A stretch of DNA of 64,000 nucleotides from Gemmatimonadota bacterium. Its GTDB lineage: Bacteria; Gemmatimonadota; Gemmatimonadetes; Palauibacterales; Palauibacteraceae. The DNA is taken from contig OY762926.1 in assembly GCA_963666735.1 (NCBI GenBank), forward strand, positions 672,001 through 736,000. The letters are read 5' to 3'. The translations under genes were made by a program, and so were the position numbers. Below the pieces are notes generated by a model. That model was not told the DNA's origin and searched no databases. It saw only the letters and a list, made by a program, of their open reading frames with translations. This document shows, in pieces, positions 21,559 through 31,433 of the stretch. How positions within the stretch are numbered: the stretch's first letter is position 1; each line of letters begins with the position of its first letter.

Positions 21559-23441
21559 GTCGCGGACGCATCAGGTTGTTGAGCTGTCTGGCGCTGGCGA
21601 CATGGCTCGCCGGCCCGCTCGTCGCGCAGGAGCCCGAGGCGGGCGTCGGGTCGGCGCTCAACCGGTGCAATCTCCGATGGAGCCCGCTTGAAGCCGACAC
21701 GAGGAGCGTCACGAACCGGGATGTAGCGGGGGCGCACGTCACCCATCTCAGCGGCCGATACCTGTGGACCTGCGGAACCGCCACGATGGAGGCGGACAGC
21801 GCGATAAAGCGCGACGGTCCCCGGCAGGTCGAGCTGCTGGGCGCGGTCGTCTACGCAGATTCGATACGGACGCTGAAGTCGGAGCGGCTCCTGTACTTTC
21901 AACTCTCCGATTTCATCATCGCCGAGGAAACCGTCGAACTCGTCCGTCTGACGGATCGCTCCACCCTCATCGGCCCCCGCGTGGAGTTTCTGCGAGCCGT
22001 CGCCGGCATCGACGCCGTCACGACCGCGCCCGGGCGGCCGACCGTTACGTTCTATCCGACAAACACCGAGTCGCCCGAGCCGTTCACGGTCGAGTCGGAG
22101 CTGGCCATCTTCGCCGGGGAGGACGAGGCCCGCTTCTACGGGGACGCGGTGATCGTCCGGAGCGATCTCAACGCCCAGGCCGACAGCGCCATGCTCACTC
22201 GCGCCGATGGTCTCGGCGTCCTGTGGGGCGAGCCGTGGATCGAGGCCGAAGGAATCCGGCTGGAGGGCGATTCGATACGGTTCGTTTCCCAAAACGAGGA
22301 ACTCGAGGAAATTCACGCTGTCGGAGACGGGTATGCGGCGGGGGAGAGATTCGAGGTGGCGGCGGAGTTGATCGACATCGATCTGGAGAATCGCGAGGTG
22401 GAGCAGGTGCAGGCTCACGGAGAGGGTGTGAGCCGGGCGCTCTCCGGCAGCCACGAGCTGCGGGGCGACTCGATTCATTTCGTGATGTACGGGAGCCGGA
22501 TCGACACGGCATATGCGGTCGGCGGTGCGGTCGCGGTCCAGCGTGACTCGTCCTGGATCGTGCCGCCCGCGCAGGAGTCGGCGATGGCCGATTCGACGGC
22601 CACCGACTCGACCGTCGCCGATTCCACCGTCGCCGATTCGACCGCCAGCGCCAGCGACTCGACCGCCACGGACTCGACGGCTGCCGCGCAGCAGGCGCCC
22701 GACGCTCCCGCCCCGACGGACTCCGCCGGAGTCAGCGCGGACACCACGGCGGGCACAGCGGCGGACGCAACGGCAGACACCGCGGAAGCGGAGGCGGAGG
22801 ACGATGGGCCCTCGGAGATCGAGCTGGCGACCGATGGCTCCGCGAACTGGGCGCGCGGCGATACGCTCATCGCGGTCTTCGAGCGCTCCGCCGCACCGGT
22901 CGCGGACTCGGCTCCGGCGTCCGACCCCTTCATGCGGCAACTCGTGCTCGGCGGAAACGCCAGCGCCCTCTACCGGATGGTACGGGATTCGACGACGAGC
23001 GCACGACCTTCGCTGAACTATCTCGTGGCGCGGCGCATTCAGGTGGATTTCGAGGCGGGAGAACCCACGGCGGTCGAGGGCGAACACGCCATCGGCGCCT
23101 TTCTGGAGCCGCGGGAGGCGTTCGGGATTCCGTCGCCGGCGGATAGCGCGGCGGCGGCCGACAGCGCGACAGTGGCGGATAGCGCGGCGGCCGTGGCCGA
23201 TAGCGCGGAGGCTGCGGCCGCGGGCGACTCGCTGGGTGCGCTTCCGGACACGTCGGACGTCCGGCCCGACAGCACAACGACGCCACCCGACACGGTCGGC
23301 GCGCCTCCGGACACCGCGCGCCGGCGCGGACACCACCGGAGCGGGGATGTGCGGCTTGCCCTGCGTGCTCGCCAACCGGGGCGGGAGCGGCGCGTGGTGT
23401 CCGGCGCGTCTCCCGTCCTCAGACCCGGGAGATCGTGTTGA
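21555..23441 (+). CDS. lptA: Extended LptA/OstA-like periplasmic beta-jellyroll protein with two D-S/T-rich inserts
   Basis: Signal peptide ([18 protein letters not shown]); repeated ADSA/GDSI/GDTL jellyroll-like segments; lies between lptC and lptB. Confidence 0.65.
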   Translation: MSRGRIRLLSCLALATWLAGPLVAQEPEAGVGSALNRCNLRWSPLEADTRSVTNRDVAGAHVTHLSGRYLWTCGTATMEADSAIKRDGPRQVELLGAVVYADSIRTLKSERLLYFQLSDFIIAEETVELVRLTDRSTLIGPRVEFLRAVAGIDAVTTAPGRPTVTFYPTNTESPEPFTVESELAIFAGEDEARFYGDAVIVRSDLNAQADSAMLTRADGLGVLWGEPWIEAEGIRLEGDSIRFVSQNEELEEIHAVGDGYAAGERFEVAAELIDIDLENREVEQVQAHGEGVSRALSGSHELRGDSIHFVMYGSRIDTAYAVGGAVAVQRDSSWIVPPAQESAMADSTATDSTVADSTVADSTASASDSTATDSTAAAQQAPDAPAPTDSAGVSADTTAGTAADATADTAEAEAEDDGPSEIELATDGSANWARGDTLIAVFERSAAPVADSAPASDPFMRQLVLGGNASALYRMVRDSTTSARPSLNYLVARRIQVDFEAGEPTAVEGEHAIGAFLEPREAFGIPSPADSAAAADSATVADSAAAVADSAEAAAAGDSLGALPDTSDVRPDSTTTPPDTVGAPPDTARRRGHHRSGDVRLALRARQPGRERRVVSGASPVLRPGRSC

Positions 23442-24163
23442 GCAGTGTACTTCGGGCCGACGGCCTCGTCCGCTCCTTCAAGCGGCGCTGCGTCGTGAAC
23501 CAGGTGGAGATCGAGGTGCGGCAGGGGGAGGTCGTCGGGCTGCTCGGCCCCAACGGCGCGGGGAAGACGACGACCTTCTACATGATCGTCGGCCTGCTCA
23601 AGGCGGATGAGGGTCGCGTCTACCTCGATGACGACGAACTCACGAGTTGGCCCATGTACCGGCGGGCGCGCGCCGGCATCGGGTATCTCCCCCAGGAGGC
23701 GTCGGTCTTCCAGAAGCTCACGGTCGAACAGAACGTGATGGCGATCCTCGAGACCATCAAGATGACGCGGCAGGAGCGGCGCGACCGCCTCGAGGAGTTG
23801 CTCGACGAATTGTCCATCAAGCACCTTCGGGCGAACAAGGCCTATTCGCTCTCCGGGGGAGAGCGGCGGCGGCTCGAGATCACGCGGGCGCTGGCGACCC
23901 GCCCCAAGTTCCTGCTGCTCGATGAACCCTTCACCGGGGTCGACCCGATTGCGATCGATGACATTCAGCGCATCGTGCGGGGCCTGAGGGACAAGGGTCT
24001 GGGGGTTCTCATCACCGACCACAACGTGCGCGAGACGCTGTCGATCACGGACCGCGCGTACCTCCTGTTCGAAGGCAGGATCCTGGTGCAGGGCGAGGCG
24101 GACCACCTCGTGAACGACCCGGAAGCCCGGCAACTGTACCTCGGGGAGGACTTCAGGCTCTGA
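23435..24163 (+). CDS. lptB: LPS export ABC ATPase
   Basis: [60 protein letters not shown]. Confidence 0.97.
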   Translation: MLSSVLRADGLVRSFKRRCVVNQVEIEVRQGEVVGLLGPNGAGKTTTFYMIVGLLKADEGRVYLDDDELTSWPMYRRARAGIGYLPQEASVFQKLTVEQNVMAILETIKMTRQERRDRLEELLDELSIKHLRANKAYSLSGGERRRLEITRALATRPKFLLLDEPFTGVDPIAIDDIQRIVRGLRDKGLGVLITDHNVRETLSITDRAYLLFEGRILVQGEADHLVNDPEARQLYLGEDFRL

Positions 24164-24165
24164 AC

Positions 24166-25614
24166 ATGGCATCGGGACGGCCGAATCTCTCCGCGGGTCC
24201 CCACCTGCGGCAGGAACAGAAGGCGCAGCCTCGCCTCTACCAGGCGATGGACCTTCTGCACATGCCGCTGCTCGATCTTCAGGGCCACCTGAGACAGGCA
24301 CTCGTCGACAACCCGTTCCTCGACCTCGTGGAACCCGGAGATGAGCCGGACGGCCCCGATGGCCCGCGTGACTCCCCGGCCGATGAGGCGGCCGACGACC
24401 CCGCGGAGGAAGTGGACTGGGAGGATGTTCTCCTCGACGACTTCGATGCGGGCGGGCGGCCCGAGGAATACGGCGACCGGGAGTACTACACGCCCGTGCC
24501 GGCCGCCACGCAGAGTCTCTGGGATCATCTCCACGAGCAGTTGAACCTGCTCCGCCTCGGCGAGCGTCAGCTGCTGGTCGGCGAAGAGATCATCGGGAAC
24601 GTGGACCGCGACGGGTTCCTCTCATGTTCGCTCGACCGGATTCTGGAGGCCCTGAAGGCACGGCTGGAGGGTCGGCCGGATGCGGCGTGGACCATCTCGC
24701 GGGACGACGTCGAGGAGATGCTTGCCCGAGTCCAGTCCTTCGAACCGAGCGGAATCGCGGCCCGGGACCTGCGCGAGACGCTCCTGCTGCAATTGAGAGA
24801 CCGGCGGCGGGAGGCGTCGCTGGCCTACCGTATCGTCGACGGGCACTTCGACGACCTCGCGAACCATCGGTGGACCGAGTTGGCGGAGGAATACGGAGTC
24901 ACGCCGCGCGAAGTGCAGGCGGCGGCGGATGAGATCGCGAAGCTCGACCCCAAGCCCGGTCTCAGGTATGCGGACACGTCGGAATCCTACGTGATCCCGG
25001 ACCTGACGGTGCAGAAGGTCGAGGGGCGGTACCGCGTCTCACACGCGGACACGTCGCTGCCGCGACTGAAGATCTCGCCGGTCTACCGGGACGTGGCCGC
25101 GGATCGCGCCCGGTTCCAGGGGGAAAACAGGGTGTTCATCTCGGAGAGGCTGAACAGTGCCCGGTGGTTGATCCAGGCGATCGAGCAGCGTCGCCGGACG
25201 ATGCTGAGGGTGATGGATTTCATCGTCGAACGGCAGCGCGACTTCTTCGAGCAGGGTGTCGAACACCTGCGGCCGCTCACGCTTCGGGATGTGGCCAAAC
25301 ACATCGAAATGCACGAATCCACCGTCTCTCGCGTGACGAACGGAAAGTACGTGCAGACGCCGCGCGGACTCTATCCGCTCAAGTTCTTCTTTTCGGGCGG
25401 CTATTCGATGCGCGGGGGTGAAGACGTGTCGTCGGAGGGAGTGCGGGCCCGGATCCGCAAGCTGGTGGCGGAGGAGGACCGCACGGCGCCGCTCAGCGAC
25501 CACGAGATCACCGCCCGCCTGCAGAAGACGGGGGTCCGGATCGCGCGCCGCACGGTGGCGAAGTACCGGGACCGGCTCGGGATCCTCCCGGCGCGGCTGC
25601 GGAGGCGCGTATGA
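24166..25614 (+). CDS. rpoN: RNA polymerase sigma-54 factor
   Basis: LRPLTLRDVA..IEMHESTVSRV, RpoN box ARRTVAKYR. Confidence 0.97.
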   Translation: MASGRPNLSAGPHLRQEQKAQPRLYQAMDLLHMPLLDLQGHLRQALVDNPFLDLVEPGDEPDGPDGPRDSPADEAADDPAEEVDWEDVLLDDFDAGGRPEEYGDREYYTPVPAATQSLWDHLHEQLNLLRLGERQLLVGEEIIGNVDRDGFLSCSLDRILEALKARLEGRPDAAWTISRDDVEEMLARVQSFEPSGIAARDLRETLLLQLRDRRREASLAYRIVDGHFDDLANHRWTELAEEYGVTPREVQAAADEIAKLDPKPGLRYADTSESYVIPDLTVQKVEGRYRVSHADTSLPRLKISPVYRDVAADRARFQGENRVFISERLNSARWLIQAIEQRRRTMLRVMDFIVERQRDFFEQGVEHLRPLTLRDVAKHIEMHESTVSRVTNGKYVQTPRGLYPLKFFFSGGYSMRGGEDVSSEGVRARIRKLVAEEDRTAPLSDHEITARLQKTGVRIARRTVAKYRDRLGILPARLRRRV

Positions 25615-26549
25615 GGGGCGAGGTGCGGGACCCGGGGATCTCGGTCATCGTCCCCGCCTACGACGAAGCCGAGAACATGCCCGAGTTGTTCGCGGAACTC
25701 GCGGCGACGTTCGCGGAGCACGATCTCGCGGCCGAGGTCGTTTTGGTCGACGATGGTTCCGGCGACGGGACGGCCGAGGCCGCCGAGGAGGCGGCGGCGC
25801 GGGTGGGGCTGGGCGGCGGGGCCGTCGTGCTTCGGCATCGCGCGAACCGGGGGAAGACGGAGGCGATGCTCACGGCCGCGGCGGCCGCCCGCGGCGAGTA
25901 CCTCGTCCTCTTCGACGCAGACCTGCAGCATTCCACGGAGGAGATCCCGCGCTTCGCGGCGATGCTGGACGAGGGTTACGACCTCGTCGCGGGCCGCAAG
26001 GTGGGGCGCTACGAGAAGCGCTTCATCTCGTCCATCTACAACCGGCTCGCGCGTGCGATCTTCAAGGTGCCGGTTCGCGACCTCAACTCCATGAAGGCGT
26101 TTCGGGCCGATGTCCTCACGGGCCTCAGGCTGCGGCACGACTGGCACCGCTATTTAGTCGTGCTCGCCCATGCCCGCGGATACCGGCTCGGCGAGCTGGA
26201 CATCGACCTCCTGCCGAGACGGCACGGCGAGCCCAAGTTCTCCGGGCGCCGGCGAATCCTGATCGGGATGCTGGATCTGGTCTCCGTGTGGTTCCAGCTC
26301 GTGTTCGGACGCAAGCCGCTGCTCTTCTTCGGCACGAGCGGCCTCGCGATGATCGCGGCCGGCTGCGTCACGGGGCTCGCGGCCCTCGCGCTGCGCTTCG
26401 GGTTCGGCCTCGGGTATCGTCCGCTGCTCACGCTCGTACTTCTTCTGGTCGTGGGAGGCCTCCTCCTCTTTGTGCTGGGGTTCCTCGCGGAGACGATGGC
26501 GCAGCTGCGGGACGAGATCGAGGAGCTCAAGCGCGGCGGAATCCGGTGA
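25611..26549 (+). CDS. GT2 glycosyltransferase (polyprenol-phosphate glycosyltransferase-like, C-terminal TM helices)
   Basis: SVIVPAYDE, VDDGS.DGT, DADLQH, RRHGEPKF. Confidence 0.92.
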   Translation: MRGEVRDPGISVIVPAYDEAENMPELFAELAATFAEHDLAAEVVLVDDGSGDGTAEAAEEAAARVGLGGGAVVLRHRANRGKTEAMLTAAAAARGEYLVLFDADLQHSTEEIPRFAAMLDEGYDLVAGRKVGRYEKRFISSIYNRLARAIFKVPVRDLNSMKAFRADVLTGLRLRHDWHRYLVVLAHARGYRLGELDIDLLPRRHGEPKFSGRRRILIGMLDLVSVWFQLVFGRKPLLFFGTSGLAMIAAGCVTGLAALALRFGFGLGYRPLLTLVLLLVVGGLLLFVLGFLAETMAQLRDEIEELKRGGIR

Positions 26550-27781
26550 GGGTCGTTCATGTCGTCACGGCCTTCCCCCGCCATGACGACGACGTGATCA
26601 CCCCGTGGCTCGGAAGATTGTTGCTCGGCCTGTGTGAACGGGGCGTGGACGTCGAGGTACTGGCGCCCGCCTACCGGGGTGGGGGCGCGACGGAGTGGCG
26701 AGACATTCCCGTGCGCCGCTTCCGGTACGCCCCGGCCCGGCTCGAAACCCTCACGCACGAGGAGACCGCACCGGACCGTCTTCGCCGCCGGCCGGCCTAC
26801 GCCGCGCTTCTGCCGGGGTACATGCTGGGCGGCAGCCTGGCGTCGATCGGTCTCGGGACGTCGCCGCCCCCGGACGTGGTCCATGTGCACTGGCCGGTTC
26901 CACACGGCTGGTTCGGGGCCCTGGCGCGCGCCTCATCGGAACGGACGGCCGTGGTTTCGAGCTTCTATTCCGTCGAAATCCGCTGGATCGAACGTCGTCT
27001 CCGGTGGGCCGTACCGTTCCTGAGCTGGTCGATCGAGAGTGCCGACGCCGTGACGGCCATCTCGACCGCCACGGCCGCGGCCGTGGCTCGGTACACGTCG
27101 CGGGAGGTGCCCGTGATTCCCTTCAGCGCGGCCATCTCCGATCGATCGCTACCCGGGAGCATGACCGCCGAGGCCCGGCCGCTGGAGCGCGGGGGACGGG
27201 TGCGACTTCTCTTTGTGGGCCGCCTTGTGGAGCGGAAGGGCGTGCATATCCTGATACGTGCGCTGGCTCGCGTCCGTGAGCGCGTCGACGCGACGCTCAC
27301 GGTGATCGGCGATGGGCCCCAGGCCGCCCCGCTGGAAGCGGAGGCCCGCCGCGTCGGCGCCGACGCCTTCGTCCGCTTCGAGGGCCGAGTCGGTGAAGAA
27401 GCGCTCGCAGAGGCGTACCGGACGAGCGATCTCTTCATCCTTCCGGCGGTCGTCGACGGGAAGGGCGACACGGAGGGGCTCGGCGTGGTTCTCCTCGAAG
27501 CGCTCGAATTCGGGTTGCCGCTGATCGCGTCCGATGTGGGAGGAATCCCGGACATCGTGAGGCATGGCCAGACGGGGCTGCTGGTACCGCCCGGCGAGGT
27601 CGGCGCGCTGGCGCGCGCCATCGTGCAGGTGATCGAAGACCCCGCCGCGGCACGGGAACGGGTCGAGAGGGGAAGGGCGCACATGCGCGAACACTTCGGG
27701 CTGCCGCAGGTGGTGGATCGGCTCGTGCGCCACTACGAGCGCGCCGTGGCCGTCCGGCGCGGATTCAAGACGGGCGCATGA
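26546..27781 (+). CDS. GT4 glycosyltransferase
   Basis: HVHWP, LFVGRLVERKG, EGLGVVLLEA, SDVGGIPDIV. Confidence 0.92.
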   Translation: MRVVHVVTAFPRHDDDVITPWLGRLLLGLCERGVDVEVLAPAYRGGGATEWRDIPVRRFRYAPARLETLTHEETAPDRLRRRPAYAALLPGYMLGGSLASIGLGTSPPPDVVHVHWPVPHGWFGALARASSERTAVVSSFYSVEIRWIERRLRWAVPFLSWSIESADAVTAISTATAAAVARYTSREVPVIPFSAAISDRSLPGSMTAEARPLERGGRVRLLFVGRLVERKGVHILIRALARVRERVDATLTVIGDGPQAAPLEAEARRVGADAFVRFEGRVGEEALAEAYRTSDLFILPAVVDGKGDTEGLGVVLLEALEFGLPLIASDVGGIPDIVRHGQTGLLVPPGEVGALARAIVQVIEDPAAARERVERGRAHMREHFGLPQVVDRLVRHYERAVAVRRGFKTGA

Positions 27782-28704
27782 TGCGGTTGGCGGTCGTCCG
27801 CTGGTATCTCTACGCCCTGTATCTGCGTTGCGTCAGGCTCAGAGACCGGTTGCTGCGTCCGCGGGCGCTCGCGGAGGTCGATGCCAATCTCGCTCACCTG
27901 CTGCTCGCGGAATATGGGGAGGCGGTCGGGGATCCCGACGGGCGCGGATACAGGGAATTCCTCCGACGGCGCGAATTCAAGGTGTCCTCCCAGAACGGAG
28001 AGGACGGCCTCCTGGCTTTCATCTTCTCCGAGATCGGCGTGACGAACCGAAGATTCGTGGAATTCGGCGTGGGCGACGGCCGCGAGTGCAACTGTGCCAA
28101 TCTGGCGACCTGGTTCGGATGGAGCGGCCTGATGCTCGAGTCCGATGCCGCGGACGCGCGGCGAGCCCGCGAACGCTATGCCCGGTTGGAGAGGCGCGAT
28201 GGGACCGTCGTAGAGGTCCAACGAGCGCATGTGACCGTCGAGAATATCAACGAGACGATCTCGGGCGCCGGGGCGCACGGCGAGATCGATCTTCTTTCGA
28301 TCGACGTAGACGGGAACGACTACTGGCTCTGGGAAGCGCTCGATGTCATCGAGCCGAGAGTTGTCGTGATCGAGTACAACGCGTCCTTCGGGCAGCGACC
28401 GGTCAGTGTCCCCTACGACCCCGGTTTTGTCCGTTTTCGCAAGCACCGAAGCGGCTGGTATCACGGCGCGTCGCTGGCTGCTCTGGCGAGACTGGGGGAG
28501 CGGAAGGGTTACGACCTGGTCGGGACGGACAGCCGGGGCGTCAATGCCTTCTTCGTTCGCGCGGACGCGCGGCGCGGATGCCTCAGAGCCGTGAATGCGG
28601 AAGAGGCATATTATCCGCAGAAGAAACGTCTCGCGGTTGCAACGGTCGAACAGCAGTTCGAGGCTATTCGGCACCTTGATTTCGTCGAGATCCGAACGCC
28701 ATGA
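27778..28704 (+). CDS. FkbM-like methyltransferase-fold protein
   Basis: SQNGEDG, FVEFGVGDG, LLSIDVDGNDYW, VVVIEYN, GVNAFFVR. Confidence 0.75.
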   Translation: MMRLAVVRWYLYALYLRCVRLRDRLLRPRALAEVDANLAHLLLAEYGEAVGDPDGRGYREFLRRREFKVSSQNGEDGLLAFIFSEIGVTNRRFVEFGVGDGRECNCANLATWFGWSGLMLESDAADARRARERYARLERRDGTVVEVQRAHVTVENINETISGAGAHGEIDLLSIDVDGNDYWLWEALDVIEPRVVVIEYNASFGQRPVSVPYDPGFVRFRKHRSGWYHGASLAALARLGERKGYDLVGTDSRGVNAFFVRADARRGCLRAVNAEEAYYPQKKRLAVATVEQQFEAIRHLDFVEIRTP

Positions 28705-28869
28705 CGACGGACGCGCGATACTGGAGCGAACGGCATTTCGCATCTCTCACAGTCTGGGCCACCGCGCACTTCGGGCGCCGATGGGTCGGGGTGGGGCCGG
28801 GTCCGGCTGCGTCGGGGCGGAAGCAACCCGGGTCGATTGTCGTGAGAATGCCAACGGGAGAGACCTGAA

Positions 28870-29856
28870 TTGTCCAGCAGCCCGATGCCCGCCGAACCCT
28901 CAACCCCGAAGGCGGCGGTGGAAGTTTGCGAGTTCTGTGGCGGGATGTCCGTTGCGGTCAGATACGATTTCGGGCCGCAACGGATTCTGCGGTGCAGGAA
29001 CTGCACGTTCATGTGGCTGACACCGAGACCCTCCGAAGCTGAACTGAAGGAAATCTACGGCGTCGACTATTTCCGTAACCGAGACTTCTTCGATGCGGAC
29101 AACGACACGCTGTATGGATACTACGATTATTTTTCCGAACGCTTCATCAAACAAATGGACCACCAGCGGATCGTGGATCGACTCGCCGGTCCGAGGCCGG
29201 TTTCGGGTGCTCCACGTCGCAGGTTCCTCGACATCGGATGCGGTCTTGGATACTTGCTCGATGTCGCGCACGACCGCGGATTCGACGTCGAAGGGGTTGA
29301 GTACAACCCCGCTGCCGCAGACTGGATAGCCTCCAAGTACCAGTTCCGGGTCTTCTGTGGGGACTTCATGGCGCACGAAGGAGGGCCCTTTGACGTGGTT
29401 GCGATGCTCGACGTGATAGAACACCTGCCGCAACCCTTCGACGCCCTCGACAAGGTCGCCGCCGTTACCAAACCCGGTGGAGTGTTCGTCGTTTCCACGA
29501 TGGACTCCGATTCGCTCGTGTCCCGTTTGATCGGTAAGCGACTCGAGGATTTTCGGAGGACGAGGGAGCACTTGTACTTCTTCAACCGGCGGTCGCTCGG
29601 CGCCGCCCTGGAACGTGCCGGCTTCGATGTCCTGCGAATCGAATCCTACGGACTCACGATTCAGTTGGATTTTCTGGCGGCCAGGATGCGACTGGCTTTT
29701 CCGGTGGTCGGTGCCCTGTTTGAGAAATTTGTGCGCTGGCTTCGCTTGTCCAATCGTCGCTTCCGATTCGATCCGCGCACGAAGATGATCGTATTTGCGC
29801 GGCGCCGCGAAATCGCCGGCGAAAGAGCCCCGGACGCCTCACCGGCCGTGCGATGA
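28870..29856 (+). CDS. Class I SAM-dependent methyltransferase with N-terminal Zn ribbon
   Basis: CEFCG..CRNC, LDIGCGLG, DVIEHLP.P, EHLYFF. Confidence 0.88.
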   Translation: MSSSPMPAEPSTPKAAVEVCEFCGGMSVAVRYDFGPQRILRCRNCTFMWLTPRPSEAELKEIYGVDYFRNRDFFDADNDTLYGYYDYFSERFIKQMDHQRIVDRLAGPRPVSGAPRRRFLDIGCGLGYLLDVAHDRGFDVEGVEYNPAAADWIASKYQFRVFCGDFMAHEGGPFDVVAMLDVIEHLPQPFDALDKVAAVTKPGGVFVVSTMDSDSLVSRLIGKRLEDFRRTREHLYFFNRRSLGAALERAGFDVLRIESYGLTIQLDFLAARMRLAFPVVGALFEKFVRWLRLSNRRFRFDPRTKMIVFARRREIAGERAPDASPAVR

Positions 29857-31433
29857 CCGATCCGGCGGGCGAACGGCTCCGGTCCGCAGGCTTGTTCCGA
29901 AGCCGGAAAGGGCGAGCGATGGCGATGCTCGCGGCATTGCACCTTGTCCTTTGCGTAGCGCTGTTCGACCCCAAGATCCATACAGGCGGCGACAGCGCCA
30001 CGTACGTCCTTCTGGCCGAGAGCGTGCTGGAGCGGGGGGACGGCTATGCGCTGTCGATCGAGCCGGGCCCGCCTGACGCCCACACCCACTACCCGCCCGG
30101 CTACCCCGTTCTGCTTGCACCGGCGGTGGCCCTGTTCGGGCGAAATTTTGTGGCGCTGAAGTTCCTGTCGGTGCTGTTTACGGCGGCTACCGTGTTGATC
30201 TTCTGCCTCTACGTTCGGCAACGAGATGAATCCGTTCCGTGGTTCTGCCTCGCTTTGCCGTTCGCGGTGAGCCCAGTGCTCATCGACTACTCCCGCTGGT
30301 TGCTGAGCGAGGCGCCGTTCGTGCTGTTCACGTTGCTGGCCCTCTGGCAGCTAAGGGAGGATGGCGAGGGCGAGCGGGTCGGACGGCCCTTTGTGCTCGG
30401 ACTGCTGGCTTCGGTCGCATGTTTCTACGTGCGTTCCATCGGGGCGCTCCTGCTTGTGGCGGCGTCGCTGTCATACCTGACCCGCGGGGAGTGGCGGCGG
30501 TTTCTGATCTACGGGGCCGCAGGGAGTGGGTTAACGGTCCCGTGGCTCCTGCGCAACCAGTTCGCCGCCGGCAGTGCAAGCCCCTATTTTGAACAGTTCC
30601 GCCAGGTGAGCGTCTACGTGCCGGAAGCCGGATATCTGGACCTGGCGGGGTTCGCGGGCCGCTTTCTCACGAACGTCTGGCTCTACGCGTCACGGGAAAT
30701 GCCGCGAGCGCTGGTGGGCTCCGACAGCACTTGGGCCGCCCATGCCCTGGTCGCCGCCGCAAGTCTGATCCTGTGCGGTCTCGCGCTCGTCGGTATCGTT
30801 CGAGCCTTCCGGCGCCCCACGGCTGCGGAGTTCTACTTCGTCCTTTATTGTCTGGCCATCCTGCTCTTCCAGGAGAGCGTGAGCGACGTGCGCTACCTGT
30901 TGCCGATTCTGCCCCTGGTCCTGATCTACGGGATGGATGCGGCCGCCTGGCTCGCGCGACGCGTGGGCCGCCCGACCCGGCCAGCCGTCGCTCCAATCTC
31001 CGTAGCCGCCGTCCTCGCGACCGTGGCGTTGGTGTCGGCGGCCGCCCGCGCTCCGGCCAACGTCGACATGATGCGCCGCTATTCCGCCGGAGACCGCTAC
31101 GCCGGCTATCACCCGGCATGGAGCACCTTCTTCGAGGCCACGGCCTGGGTCCGGGACAGCACCCCGGCCGACGCCATCGTAACCGTACGCAAACCGCGTC
31201 TCTTCAGCACACTGTCTCACCGCCGCGTGCGGCTGTATCCGTACAGCGATCCCGATTCCGTGCTTCGTGTCGTGCGGTCGACCGATTACGTAGTCGTCGA
31301 TCCGATTCACGGGACGACAGCCCGATACCTCCTCCCGGCGATCCAGCGGGAGCCAGATTCATTCATCGTCGCACATCAAACGCGGGAACCCGTAACGTGG
31401 GTGCTCGGCGTACGGAATCCCGACGATCCGTGA
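29853..31433 (+). CDS. GT-C fold (ArnT/PMT-like) membrane glycosyltransferase
   Basis: GGDSATY..LAES, HYPPGYP, LLSEAPF, RYLLP; many TM segments. Confidence 0.78.
   Translation: MTDPAGERLRSAGLFRSRKGRAMAMLAALHLVLCVALFDPKIHTGGDSATYVLLAESVLERGDGYALSIEPGPPDAHTHYPPGYPVLLAPAVALFGRNFVALKFLSVLFTAATVLIFCLYVRQRDESVPWFCLALPFAVSPVLIDYSRWLLSEAPFVLFTLLALWQLREDGEGERVGRPFVLGLLASVACFYVRSIGALLLVAASLSYLTRGEWRRFLIYGAAGSGLTVPWLLRNQFAAGSASPYFEQFRQVSVYVPEAGYLDLAGFAGRFLTNVWLYASREMPRALVGSDSTWAAHALVAAASLILCGLALVGIVRAFRRPTAAEFYFVLYCLAILLFQESVSDVRYLLPILPLVLIYGMDAAAWLARRVGRPTRPAVAPISVAAVLATVALVSAAARAPANVDMMRRYSAGDRYAGYHPAWSTFFEATAWVRDSTPADAIVTVRKPRLFSTLSHRRVRLYPYSDPDSVLRVVRSTDYVVVDPIHGTTARYLLPAIQREPDSFIVAHQTREPVTWVLGVRNPDDP

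Noticed and set aside
21445..23320. Short repeats as a CRISPR array
   Set aside because: They are in-frame coding repeats with no unique spacers, and no cas genes are present.
28705..28869. Intergenic region as a riboswitch or ncRNA
   Set aside because: Only interrupted complementarity (GGCATT...CTCAC / GTGAGAATGCC) and no recognisable aptamer motif.
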